From Octopus sinensis (Eukaryota), in contig NC_043005.1 of the NCBI RefSeq assembly GCF_006345805.1, positions 20,584,001-20,648,000 on the forward strand: a stretch of 64,000 nt of DNA. Direction: 5' to 3'. This document shows positions 12,492-26,600 of this stretch, piece after piece. Position numbers and translations under genes: made by a program. The notes beneath the pieces are model-generated. The model had not been told where the DNA came from. It made no database searches and worked only from the letters and a program-made list of their open reading frames with translations. Positions within the stretch are counted from its first letter, which is position 1. Every line of letters starts with the position of its first letter.

Positions 12492-15400
12492 CATACATAC
12501 ATGTAAGTATGCATGTACTTATATTTGTGTGAAAATGTCTTCCATTTGCTTCACTCAATATCATCTATTCTAAATTAGTCATTTTTACTTCATTGTCTTC
12601 CACTTCATGACATGCAAGCAATCTTGGTATCAAGTTCTCTTTTCAATTTCAGGCACAATGACCATTGACTGTGGACCGCCAAAAGATGTTGCTGGTGCAT
12701 CAAAGGTTTACAATACCACAGCCTATAAATCTGAAGTGACCTATAGCTGTCCAAGTGGAGTAAACCAAAAGTCAGTATGTGGAAAGAATAATAAATGGAC
12801 TCCAGTTGTGCCTATTTGTAAAGGTAATGCAGATAACTTCTTTATTATTGTTTCTTTCTTGGTAATTTTGTTACGTTTTTCTGTTGTCTTTGTGAGAGAA
12901 ATTCTGTACAATATAAAGTTTGAATCCTTCCTTACTAAAACTCAGCAACCCTCTGAAACATATCTCTGATGCTCTTGTTTTCTTCCAGTCCACCACCATT
13001 AATTATGATAATGCTACTAATAATAATGATGACTGATTTTTGCTAAAATCTAACAGTTTTTGATGGGGGGCTGCTTAATCAATATTGTCAATACTACTCT
13101 TTAGTTGGTACTTTGCTATTCACCCATGCAAGTATGGAAAAAAAAGTTGGATTTGAACTGAGAACATGAAGAAGTTGGATACATAGTGTAAACTATTTTT
13201 TTATAAAGCTCTAATTAGTATACCTGTATATATTAAAAACAAAGATGATAATGATGTTGATAATCATTTTGAATGTAAAAGGGTCTCTATCTGAGACCAA
13301 TTGAAGAACCCCACCATTGAAGATTACCATGAAGTCTATGGACAAGCATCCTCTGCAATTTTCATTCCTTGTCCTACAGTTTCATGCACTGTTGTTCCCA
13401 TCTACTCCTATCATTTTTGCCACATTCACCTCTCTTTCAATAATTTCCATTGAGGACAGTTCCATCCTCACCTTCCTTACAAGTGAAACTTTAAAACTGC
13501 AGACGAAGGATTGACCAAAGTGAAATGCTACTGTCATCCAATCTTTAACCTCTTCCTCAATGCAACTTCTTTTGCAACAATAACCAAACAGAGGAAAATT
13601 TCCTTCTCTGCCAAATTAAATGAAGGTGTGAGGTAATCACCATGATGGACTTGGCTTGCACAAATATGCATTCTGCACATAACAGCAACTCTTTGACATA
13701 ACTCCTGTGTTTGGTTGAAGAATGGGCCAAAATCTTTCTTGCACATTCCCACATTCTTCCTCAGCAGTGTCTCCAGACTCTGAACAATAGTACTAAGAAT
13801 TCTCCTGCTATTATGGTAGATGTCTGCCAAAAGGCTGCCAAACAAATCTGGCATGAACTCAGAGAATTCATAGGGTAGACCATCCAAACCAGACAATTTC
13901 TGACCTGTTTCTAACCTGTGCAATCACTCATCACTCCTGTATTTCAGTGGCTGTCATTTGTCTTTTGCAGAACCTTGCATCTGTTGTAGAATCACAGCAG
14001 GCTGTCCAGGTACAAACTAAAGTCCATCTGTTCAGAACCAAGTAGCATGTGCTACTGTTTGTTTTGGTTTGGTTTGGTTTCTATGGCTAGATGCCTTTCC
14101 TAGCACCAATCCCACTGCAGAGTGTACTGGGTGCTATTTATGTGGCACAATCACCAATGATTTTTACATGGCTCCTGCACCAATGCTTTTTACATTGTAC
14201 CTCAGTTTTAGGATCTCCATTCTGTTGTGATGGGCAGGTCTTCTCAAGTGCAGCAATGTGCCACATATCTCAGTCCTCTGTCATCCCCTTCGTAAGGTTC
14301 ACATAGAAGTTAATGCATGCTCTGTAGTGAATTAACTATCCTCTGGTCAGTCAAAACTTATGAAATATGGCCAACAACAGACGATATAAAACTAAATTCT
14401 AATGAGAAAGAATGATGAGCTTTAGAGCAAGATGTTTTTATAGTTTTTCAAATAACAGTATTAAGATTTAAAATTTTACTAATATAGTGAAGCAGAGTAA
14501 TATTATAGATAACGTCCTTGATTTTTGCTTCATAGTTAATACCGTTTACTTCTTAACATAAAATGAATGAGTAATTTTGTTTTAATTGAAATATTTTTAT
14601 AACAAATAAGAGAATAGAAAATGAAAATGAGAGAGAACAAAATAAACTGTAAACATATAGCTGAACATTACAACATTGGTGACATGAATATGCTCCATAT
14701 TCATTGTGAAGCTCTTAGATTTCTAAATGATCCTCTGAACAGCTACCACATGAGGAATGTTATGCTCCCTAAATTACAGCCTTATCCTGAAGAACTGAAG
14801 GGATTTTTAATAAAAATAATGTAGAATTGATCTCTTTCCATAAAACTTTTAGGAACTGCCTTTTCCTATGCTTCATTTGGGATGAAAATAAATACACCTG
14901 AAGGACAGGGATCTAATTGTTTCAAAGTTCAGGGACAAACTTATACAATTTCTACTCTTCACCCTGAAAGCCAAAGCCCACAGTAGAGTCAATTATCTAT
15001 ATTGGATCATCCCATAAATAATGTGTTGTTTTTTTAATTGCATGAACTAAAAACCAGAAGGGAGTGGAATAAACTATCTGCATCACTTTGCTATAAAAGC
15101 AGGTAGTAATTTTACCTTTTTTCTTATTCTTAGTGTAAACTTTGAAGAGTGCAGTTCTATTTTAAAAGTTATTTTTTCAAAGCTATAATTCCTTTCGAGT
15201 GCTGAGCCTCACAGAGGCAAAGTGGCTCAGTTCTTTTTGAGTGTTGGGCCTCATGGAAGCAGTGACTGAGACCTTTGGCATTATGTCGTGCTTGAGAAGA
15301 AAACCTATCAAGCCAAGCAAAATCGCAGTCATTGTAGATACTGGTTTCATGCAAATTGTTACCTATGCTGGTGGCATGTAAAAGCACCTATTACACTTTC

Positions 15401-18400
15401 AGAGTGGTTGGCATTTGGAAGGACATCCAGCCATAGAAAACCATGCCAAATCAGACTACAGTCTAGTGCAGCCTTCCAGTGTATCAATCTGGTCAAGCCT
15501 TCCAACCATGCCAGTCTGGACAAGGGACATTAAATGATGATGAGGATGATGATAATGGAAGTAACAAAGGAGTATATTTGGCATATTTTGCTTTATGAAT
15601 TCAATAAAGGCAACTATGCAATGGAAAGTGTGAGGAATATTAATGCAGTTTATGGGGATCTGAAATGGACAATAAATGTAAACCAGTGTCAACGGTGGTT
15701 CCAGAAATTCTGAGCTAGAAACTACAGCCTAGAAAATACCCCTTGTCCTGAAAGATCTGTAGAGCTTGACAAGGAATACTGCAAATCCTGGTGGAAGAAA
15801 ATCCCATCATAACTGTTGAGGAACTAGCAGAGAAGCTTTGATTTGGTCATTCAACCATTTATCAACACTTGCGTGCCATCGGAAAAGTCAGCAAATTGGA
15901 TCAATGGCCTCCTCACAAACTTCCTGAGTTTAATCACATGCAAAGAGTGAATGTGTGCTCTTCTTTGCTGTCACGTCTCATGAATGAACCTTATTTGGAC
16001 CAAATAGTGACTGGTTACAAGAAATGATCTCTCTATAAAAATTTCAAGCACTGAAGACAGTGGCTAGGGAAAAGAGAAACACTGGCACCACATGCTAAAG
16101 AAAGTCTTCACTCACATAAAATGTTTTTTATCTGTTTGGTGGGCTATGTAAGGTTTAGTCCACTTTGAACTTATAAACCCAAACCAAACGATAACAAAGT
16201 AGATCTACTGCGAGCAGCTTGAGCAGCTTATGTCAACACTAGAAAAAAGATTACCATCTTCAGTTTGAAGATGAAAGGTGTTCTTCCATCAGGATAATGT
16301 TCGGCCACATACAGCGAGGATGACCTTCCAAAGGATAGAGCAGTTTGAATGAGAAACGATGCTCCACACACCATATTTGCTGGACATTGCCTCATCTGAT
16401 TATCTTTTATTCCACAGTCTTCAAAATCATTTGGATGGAAAAAATATGAATTCTGTAGATGAGGTCAGAATAGTACTGGAGGAGTATCATGGACAAGTGA
16501 ATTTTGGAAGTGGGTCCTTGCAAGTCTACCAGATAGATAGAAGAGCGTTGTAGAAAATGAAGGAGAGTATATTTTAGATTAAAAAAGAACTTTATCTTAA
16601 TTTTGAAAAATAAAAGAGGCATAAAAATAGCCAAATTATTTATGGGATGACCCAATAAATGAAACAAAGGAAGCACCAGATGGAAGCTCCTCAAAATTCT
16701 CAATGTTTAGCTAACATAATGAATATCATTCAAAATGTTATTCATTGCTATAATTCTTATGTTTAGTTACATAAAAAGATGCAGTCAGTGTAATTAGAAG
16801 AAGCACATCATTCCAAAACAATGTTCCTATTTGTAAAGTGGAACTTCATTTCAGGTGAGGTGTAGACATTAAGTAGCATTCTTTTCCAAGTAGTGAAATT
16901 ACAGCTGTATTTATTGGTGAAAATGAAGCACCTCTTGAGAATAGGGCTGTTTTAATTAATCTCAGAATTGTTCTTTTCCAAAGAAATTCTTATTTGTCAT
17001 GTCATCTAGATCCAATGTGCTATCCACGTCTGTTTTCTCATAGTGAATTTGAGTGGCACAAAGAAATCCAGCACCACGAAGCTTATAGAACACCTGTTCA
17101 TTCTATGGTCACCATGCAACAAATTTATAATTTTGTGATATGTCCTGCATTATGATGACATAACTTCGTCTGTGTGACTGGCCCAAACAGCATACCTAGC
17201 TGACTGGCACTACTTACTGTGTCTGTCCGCTATTTATTATTAGTGGACCAGCCCACTTCTCAGCTGGGAGTGTCTGCCACAACACCTCCCTCCTTTGAGA
17301 ATTTTCCTTTTCGTATAATACAACATTACATTCATTTAATTTTTTCCTTTCTTTTTTTTTCTAACCAGAATTATATTTCTCTTCTTATTTAGATTCTTAC
17401 TTGTTCCACATAGAATTACATTTTTTTTTTCAACACCACATTATTTTTTTTTCATTTCTTTTTCTTCTAACCAATTATTTTTCTCTTCATATTTAGATTT
17501 TTTCTTGTTCCAGACAGAATTATATATTTTTTTCAAAATTCTGCAGGTAGTACAGTCTTCATTGTTTACTGGTAGCACAAATTAACATATAGTGACCTGA
17601 CTTAAATCTTTTTTTGCTCCACCCAGAACCATATATTTTCCAAAATGCCGCAGGTAGTACCAGTCTACATTGTTTACCGGAAGTGCTATCAACATATAAC
17701 GACCTGACATAAATCCGTCAAACAGATTTATATTATTTTTCTCTTCAGTTCTGTGTTTGAGTTCCAGTTTTATCAGACATTTTTTCTTCAGAATCTTTTT
17801 TAATATATTTTTCACTGTGTTCATACACTGTGTGTTGTTCAGTTCTGTGTTAGAGTTCCAATTTTATCAGACATTTTTTCTTCAGAATTTTTTTTTTAAT
17901 ATTTTCCCTGTGTGAAGTTCAATTCCGTGCTAGAGCTCCAGTTTTATCTGACATTTTCTCTTCAGAATCTTTTTTTTTTATATACTTTTCACTGTGTGTA
18001 TATTACTTTTCACCGTGTGAAGTTCAAATCCCACCTTGGGATTTTTAACACTTTTCTGCAGCGTGAGCTCTGAATCCTTGTCGCCACTGATATATCCTAC
18101 ATTATGACAACGTAACTTCATCATCTGTGAGACTGGCTTGAAAAGTGTACCTTGTTACTGAGTCTGTCCACTATTTATTAGTAGTGGACCAGCCCTCTTC
18201 TCACCTGGGGGCGTCTGCCACAACATTTTGTTTGGCTGTTAGACATGGTTTTAGTGTTATCCATAGAGCAGAATAACATGTAAAGATTGAGGGATGCCAT
18301 TCACAATTTATTAGGAACAATCATTCTCGATTTCATGTTGAAGAGTACAGAGGGCTAAAGGGCCATCTCAATGCAGAAGAAGAAAGCAGTTTTGAGCTGG

Positions 18401-20625
18401 GAGTTCTAGTTATACTTCTTTCTTCATTTCAAGGAAGTTCACAGAACATGCATCACTCTTAAAATTGCAATGGCAATAGTAGCAAGATACTGTAAAGCAG
18501 ATCTTTTTTTAACTGGCACATGTAGTCTGAAAATCCCAGAAATCTTCAAATACCTTGAGTCAAACTAACACCCAGTGAATCAAATTTACTTTTCACATTA
18601 CAAAGAACTCAGTTTCCTTTTACATTAGCTTATTCAATGACAATGAAGCACAAGGTCAGACATTCAATAAGATAGGGATTTGCCTACCCTAACCACTATT
18701 TAGTCATGGACAGTTGTATGTTGTATTTTTTAGGATCAGGAAACTAAATGATATTGTTGTTAAAGTAGTGAATACCAACAGGCAAGGAAAACAAAGAGGG
18801 AAAAGTATCACTAAAATCATTGTATATAAGGAAGTATTAAATTAATGGTATTCTGATAATGATAATTAATGGATTCAAGATTTAAATGATACAATGATGT
18901 AATAATTATACAACAGTAAAATTATTGCAATGTAATCAATTATTGATTTTTATTGATATATTTCTTTTGCAACTCATATTCACTATATAAATTGCATGTC
19001 TATGCTTATTTAAATGTAAATAAAATAATGTGTATTTTAAAATATAATCATTATTCCTTATCTAAGAAACCATGGATGAGAATTACTTCCAAAAATAATG
19101 TTTGAACACAAGTTATCTACTGTCTTAGTTTTAATGACTGTAAAGTTATCATGGGTCCAGTTACAACATACTGAGATTTGTAAATGTGGTATCTAGATAG
19201 TCAAACCATAACAGAATAATATTATGGATAATGGTTTTAATTTCATTTTGGAGTAATCATTGTTTAAAGCATTTACTCTATACATAACTCTCTCAAAAGA
19301 TTTTCAATAATTTCGATCATATTGATGAAAATTGAAAAACTGTGGACCAGTATTTATTCATACAGTTTGCTGCTACAATGGCATCTTTAGTATTACCTAT
19401 GTGAACATTACAAAATCTCAAAATCACAAGAAATACTATTTCAAAAGAGCTTATATATTTCCTATTCTTCAAAAGCTTGCAAAATACCTGCAGATTTTTT
19501 CAAATTACTATATTAATATTTGTTAAAATCCTACAAAAAACAGTACCAAAATAATATAATCTCTTTAATTTTGTTACATACTTAAGGGCGTTTACTTCTT
19601 GATGTTAAGCAAGAGAATAAACTATAACAATTCGCTATGTAGAAGACTTAACAAATGTATAACAAAGACTATAACCTTCAGAGATGTTTTTGTTTCTTAA
19701 GACTGTATTTTCAATACTACAACATGGATCCTTACATGATCTCAAAAATGAAATGTTTTTTAAAAATATACAATTTCAAAAGAAACATTAATTTTTATGG
19801 TTCAGTATAAACTTCCAACTAGATAAAAAATTTCGTATTTATTATGGAATTCCTATGGGTACTGCTAGTTATAATTATTTTTGTTGTTAAGAGTTTAGGA
19901 TAGAGAAAATCATAAAAGCATCAGACAAAATTATCATCATCATTGTTTAGCATCTGCTTTCCATGCAGGCATGGGTTGGATGGTTTGACAGGAGCCAACC
20001 GATTAGAAGACTACCCCAGGTTGCTGATTCTGTTTTGGCAGTGTCTTTACATTTGGATGCCCTTCCTAACACCAACCACTCTGCCGAGCAGACTGAGTGC
20101 TTTTTATGTGGTACCAGCACAGGCATGGTCAGTTTTGGCATGGTTTTTGCAGCTGGATGCCCTTCCAAATGCCAACCACTTTACAGTGTGGACTAGATGC
20201 TTTTCATGTGACATCAGCACCAGCCAGGTCACCAAGTAACTTGCAAGACAAGGAATTTTGAGAGGAGAGAAAGTATTGGAGGAGGGGGATCTTGTGTCAG
20301 ATAATGAAAGGTTAGAGTGTGATGGAGAACAGAGATGGGTGTCTTGCTATAGAGGGGCATTGGAAAAAGAGACCTTGTGTCAGATGATAAAAGGTTAGAG
20401 TGTGACAGATAAACAGAGAGGCAGAACCAGGTGCCTTGCCATAGAGAAGGTACAGGGTTACCCAGCTAGAGCGAGAGAGAGAGAGAGAGGAGAGAAAAGA
20501 AAAGAGAGGAAACAGGGAGAGGAAGAAAGGGAAAGAGAGAGGGAGAGGGAGAGGTAACAAGAAAGAGGACAGAAACAGATGTGTTGATATAAAGGAGGTA
20601 CTTGGTCACCTAGTCAGTGGGAAAG

Positions 20626-20689
<64 letters not shown>

Positions 20690-23600
20690 TGTGTGTGTGT
20701 GTGTGATCAAGAATGCGGGCAGAAACAGGTGTGCTTCTGTAGAGGATATACATGGCTACCCAGCCAGAGGAAAGAACAAGGGATATTTGTTCAGGCTTTT
20801 TAATTCATGAGTTCAAATTCTGCTGATGTTAACTTTGCCTCTCTGGAGTCAATAAATTAAAATTCCAGTGAAGTGCAGGGATCAATTTAATTGATAAACT
20901 CCTACCTCAGAATTTTGACTAAATTTCTATGTTAGAAATGATTATTATTGATGTTGTTATTATTTTTCATTGGTCTAAATTTCAATCTAATTCTAGATAC
21001 TCGCATCAAATTTGTAAAAATAAAAAACGCAATGCTGAATGTAGCTGGGAAAACATTGGTGGATAAAAAAAAAGTAACAGTTGATGCCTGTGCAGAACAC
21101 TGTTTGGCTCATACAAATTGCTTGTCATTTGAAATAACTAAAAAAAGTGGTCTCTGTTACTTATCAAAGCAAACTGCAGCTTCCTCCACGAAAATACAAA
21201 CAGACAAAAGCAGGGATTATTACCAACGAGTGAAATGTAATTATTATTTGCATTTTATTACTGAAGTCTATTTTCCTCTTTTTCTCAAAATTTGTGACTA
21301 CATATGTATATTTTATAATATATAAAGACATTGATGTAAACACATTCCCAAAATAATCAACTTAAGGAATTGTAAATACTGTAAATTCTCATACAGCATT
21401 TATTCACATTGAATATTTTATGCTTGTTTTCAATAATTTCCTTCTTTTTGTTAAGAAAACTTCCTTTTCTCTTATGCTCCATCAGAAATTAAGATAATTC
21501 TATTCTTGTTTTCCTTAAACCTGAGTAGTATTAGTAATAGTGGCAGCAACAGCAGCAGGAGTAGTAGTTGTAAAAGCAATTTTCTCTTCATTTGTCCATT
21601 TTGGTATGTATTAGATACTGCTATTACAACACAGTATTTTAACACTAGTTACTATCCTTCATAATTTGATATACAAAAATAACAGAAAAAGTAATCGTAA
21701 CCTATGAAGTTGTGTTTTGCTTATATTTTGTCATGTTTGCTATGGCTGGATACTCTTCCTATCATAATATGAAGAGAGAATCCTCTCAACTTAAATAAGT
21801 TTCTATTTAGTATAGTTCTATGGATTTAAAAACAACACATCCATTCACTTTGATCTCAAAGATTTTGTTTTTTCTTGTTGAAATCCTTCCTTCAAAAAAA
21901 AATGTTGGATATCAAGGGAAATTCACTAAGTTTAGCGATCTCAGTAGTACAAAGTGGTGTCAAAAACTTCCTGTACTAGTTCTGTAGTGCATCACCAAAT
22001 AGCAGCACACAGTTACATGCATAGTAAGAGCTAGCAGTGACCATTATGAAGCAGTGTGCAAAGGGACATTGTTGTGTTTAATTTGCAAGTTGTGAAATTT
22101 GTATTTGTGTGATCATGCATATGCTGTAGTCTGTGATTGTTGTCATGGAGAGGAAGTTGGAACAAAGAGCCAACATCAAATTTAGTGTTAAACTTGGGAA
22201 GTCTGCTACAGAAACGTTGAGCATGCTCTGGCAAGCTTTCAGTGATAAGTCAGTGGGCTGTATGCAATGTTTTGAGTGGCACAAGCACTTCAAAAGTTGA
22301 AGAACATTCCTGGAAGAGGAGGAGAAATCTGGAAGATCTACGACAAGTGTCACCCTCAGAAATGTAGAGAAATTCATCATCTTGTGCATGAAGAATGTCA
22401 GAGAACAACCAACGACATTGCTGTTGTATGGCTCTGTGCAGGCAATCCAAACGTTCATGAAGAATTGGATTCTTCACGATGATAGTGCACCATATCATTG
22501 AGTTTTTCTCACTTGTGAGTTTCTTGCCTAAAACAACATGGTGTGGTTTCCACACCCACTCTATTTGCCAGATTTAGCACCTGCACTCTTCCATATCTTC
22601 TCCAAGATGAAAATGCAGCTCAGAGGTCACTGTTTTAACATTGTTGTTGAGATTCTGAGTGAATTGCAGAAGGCCCTTCTTATTTTGTTCTTTTCCTTTT
22701 TCCTACTATTAATTCCACTCATCTCTGACTGCCATTAACAACGCTACTTCACTTTGGATTAGATAGCTCAGCAAGTTCCCATGTTCAGTATGCATAGTCT
22801 TCCATTATAATAATAATAAATATTATTATTTTTCAGTAGTCTTATTTTTGTAACGTACTTTCACTGCACTACTGAGCACAGCTGTGTGCCTTGGGTATGT
22901 GCTGTGGTTTGTTGTGGGGCTCTTATTTTTACTGTATTGAAAGTGTTTTACGTAGGATGTGTGCGATGCCCAGTAGTGCTGTTTTCTGTATGTTATATAT
23001 ACTTGTTAGTTTTGATGTTTTTGTTATGTATTTGTTTGAATAAATTTTTATCATACCTAATGCACCTACTATGATAGGAATTGTTTCTGTTTTTAGACTC
23101 CACATTTGAGTTACCTCTATTTCCAGGTTTTTGTATTTTGAAATTTTCTCCATTTCTTTTAGAGAAACATTGTTGTATGTTGGTATTGATACATCAATTA
23201 GAAAGCAAGAGAGCAGTGCATGCCATCAAAGTGACACTGGGGTAAAATATACAAAGCACCATATCCCCATCATAAACCCCCATCCGATAAGGGTACACTA
23301 AGCACAAGCATCACTATCATATGTGCATGACATGATGATCTCTGTGCCATCTACTGGATCTATCTGCAATGCATGCAAAGTGACAAAACTGTTCTGCATG
23401 CACATGTCCAGTTCTCAAGCCTTGCTGATGTGTGGATTAATTTCAAACACCTACTTTCACTTGTAAGTTGGATTTGGTTATCAGCTGAATCCATTATGAA
23501 GATCATGCCATTGCCTTCCTTTGATTGGGAAAAACAGGCAATTTCTAGCTGTTTGATGGCTTTGGTGAAAGATTTTGTGTGGTAGATGAACTCAGAAAAG

Positions 23601-26600
23601 GTGAAGATGAGATGCCTTTCTCATTAGTCAAGACCCCATTAACTTTTTCAAGTTTTACTTAAAATGGGAGTTAAGTGTAGAGAGAGAAACAAGTGCTGCC
23701 TCCCAACAAATTTGTTGACACATGAATGTGAGTAGTGAATATGGTTCAAATGAACAGAACAGCTTTGAGCATATGCCTGTTGATTGAAGACAGACTATTG
23801 AGAGGGATCACTTGGCTCAGTGGCCAGGGTTTCCCCAAGTAACTCTTGAAGGTCTCCTATGCTTTGAGGCAATTTTTTCCTTTGAAATCATTGATTCTGT
23901 ATTATTTTACATACTCAATTACTTAATCTTAATTTTATCTTCATGTGCCATCCTCATTATCCTGTCTACCATTAGTGATTAATAAGTAAAATATTGTTTT
24001 ATAGATGTTTTTAAATATTAGATAATTGTATTGAAGTACCAATATTTGAATGAGATATGAGAACGACATCTGGTGCATTATTTTAAAGATAGTATATATC
24101 ATAAAAACACACATTCCATCTATAAAATTATTTTTCAGTGTAAGACACCTTTCTCAGAATTAATGTGACTTCTAGTACATCATGACACATATACAAAAGC
24201 TCATCTGAATATTTCAGTTGTAGACAATCCATTTGTGCATCACTCTTTGATGGTTTGGTTTGTTTTTGTTTAAAGATTGAATGGCCATAACAACACTTAA
24301 TGTATTGGTTGGCTACCTGATTAATGCAATATTGACCCTGCAAGCAAATTCTGCTGAGGTCGGCTTTTCCTTTCATCCTTTCGGGGTTGATGGATTAAGT
24401 ACCAGTTGCGTACAAGGGTCGATCTAATCTACTGGCCCCCTCCCCCAAAATTTCAGGCCTTGTGCCTAAAGTAGAAAAGAATATTGATCCTGCAAAATTA
24501 CCCAATTAGAAAAGAGATGTACAAACATATTGTCTGCAGCTCAAATATTTGAGACAAGGTTTCAAATAAGTCTGAAGATGTTCTACTACTCACATGAATT
24601 CTGATTAGGTGTCATTTTGTGGAGCAGTTATTTACTTATAATAAATTATCCATTTACAATTTATGCACCTGATACTTTAAAATATTTGATATATGCTAGA
24701 AAATATGTGAGTGGTGCTTGTGTGTCTGTGTTTGGATGAGTATAAAAGGTATTTCTTGTTTTCTTTTTCTTTTTCCAGCTAATGAGCACCCTATTACATT
24801 TAAAAGAGTTACCATACCAAATCGAGATAATATTGGAAGGCTTAAAAACATGAACTTAGCGATCTGTAAGGAAGCTTGCCGTGCATATCCAGATTGCAGA
24901 GTTTATGAGTACAATGAAAAATATAAATTCTGCGACCTAAGCAATGTGACTCACTTGACTGATGATCTTAAACCAAATGATGGAAACTGGGATGTGTACA
25001 TAATTAATACAGGTCAGCAGAGCATTTCCATGTTATTTGTAGTGTGCACATCAGTGTGTTTTTAAATTTACATATATGTATGTTGTTTTATATATATATA
25101 ATCCCTCCACCACCATTTAAATTTAAATGTATATGAATTACTTCCCTGGCAACTCATGTACTCCTCCTGTTGTGTGGGTAGGGATATATATTTCGCTTAC
25201 TCCCTTCTTTATAGCATATACTTGTATACATGCATCTTTATGAGTGCAGTATATATCTAAGTATATGCTTATGTGGACTGCATATATAAATATTTAAACA
25301 TGATATTTTAACCTTGTTGTGCAACCACCCTATCCTCTCTTCTTGTTCAACCTACATGTCCAACATTCATACCTTCTTCATCTTTCTCTTTGTTGGCCCT
25401 TGTGCTTGATGTTGTATAGAATTGAGGAGATTGTTATTCATTGAATAAATTACGTACCAAAGCTCTATGTTAGCTGGTAAGTGTTTGCACATATCTACTT
25501 TTCAAGTGCTGACAAAAGTTCCATGAATGCCTTCCTAATGTCACTCCCAAGCATACAATTTCAAGGCTGCTACCATCAAAGTTGGTACAACAGCAGGAAG
25601 TACTGGTGAGATTGTTGAATGGTTGGAGCAATGCCATGTTGTCATGTTTGGTGTGCAAGAAGTAAGATGGAAGGGAACCTCAGCTAGATTTCTCACAGGT
25701 AAGAAACAGAGGTTCAAATTCTTCTGGGTAGGTAGGAGTGATAGAGTGGGTGATGTAGGCATACTTTTAGCTGAAAAGGGGGTAGAAAAGGTAATTGAGG
25801 TAGTTAGTGTTTGTGATAGGGTAATTAAGCTGAGACTTATAGATAAATTAACAGTTACATTTATCTCTGTTTATACTTCAAATCCGAACTGGTTGATGAC
25901 CAGGACAAATTTTATGAGGTCCTTTTGCAGACTACCTTAACAACAAATGACAAGGGCTTGGTTATTGTGCTTGTGACTTCAAAAGACATGTTGGGCAGCA
26001 TCTTCTAGGATTCTATGGTGTGCATGGTGGTTGTAGCTTTGGTCCTAGGAATGAGGAGGGAACAAGGCTGCTGGAATTATGTGATGCAAAGATCTCATTA
26101 TCTATACACTAACTTCAGAGAAACAGCCAGCCACCTAAGCACTTAACAGTCTGGTGGGCACATAAGCCAGATTGATTACCTCCTCACCAGGCAATGAAAT
26201 AGACAGATGTTTGCAAATGCAAAGTCGTTTCTAGTTGAAGAGTGTACTACCCAAAATACGTTACAGGTTACTAGTTAATGATTTCAGAATTAGAGCTACA
26301 ATGACTCAGAATTGGAAGTTCCTGTGGGACATTCTGCTGAGAGCTATAGACCAAATCTGTGGCTAGTGCAAAGTCCCACCTAGGCTGAGGTTGACATGGT
26401 GGTGGAACAAGGATGTAGACAAGGCTATAAAAGCAAAGAGATTGGTCTGAACAGACTGAAAAATTGGTGAAAATAGAAAATTATATCAGGTAGCTGGAAA
26501 AGAAGCTAGGCAACAGGTTTACATAGCAAAAGGAATAACAGAAGATGAGAAATTTGCCAATGTTCTACAGCATGGGGATCAGAGATGTGAGATGTTCAGG

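Larger units (their letters stand above)
14600..18850 (+). mobile_element. Internally deleted autonomous-type Helitron (Rep N-terminus plus Pif1 helicase C-terminus) with nested insertions
   Basis: [25 protein letters not shown]-like and TCS-x-KIPEI-like Rep remnants; [23 protein letters not shown] (helicase motif VI) ending KEVLN* near 18845. Termini not located. Confidence 0.8.

Noticed and set aside
4560-12905. S1/S2 as a pure assembly duplication
   Set aside because: The exons differ at 17 nt and the copies carry different flanking insertions, which false duplication of identical sequence would not produce. Uncollapsed divergent haplotypes still need a read-level check.
14621-14824. ORF with an HxHC motif as a host zinc-binding exon
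   Set aside because: Matches the Helitron Rep N-terminus and is collinear with other broken RepHel remnants.
21234-21240. Apparent fifth cysteine (RVKC) at the end of A exons in the ORF track
   Set aside because: The TGT is formed by the last exon base plus the GT donor; it is intron read-through.
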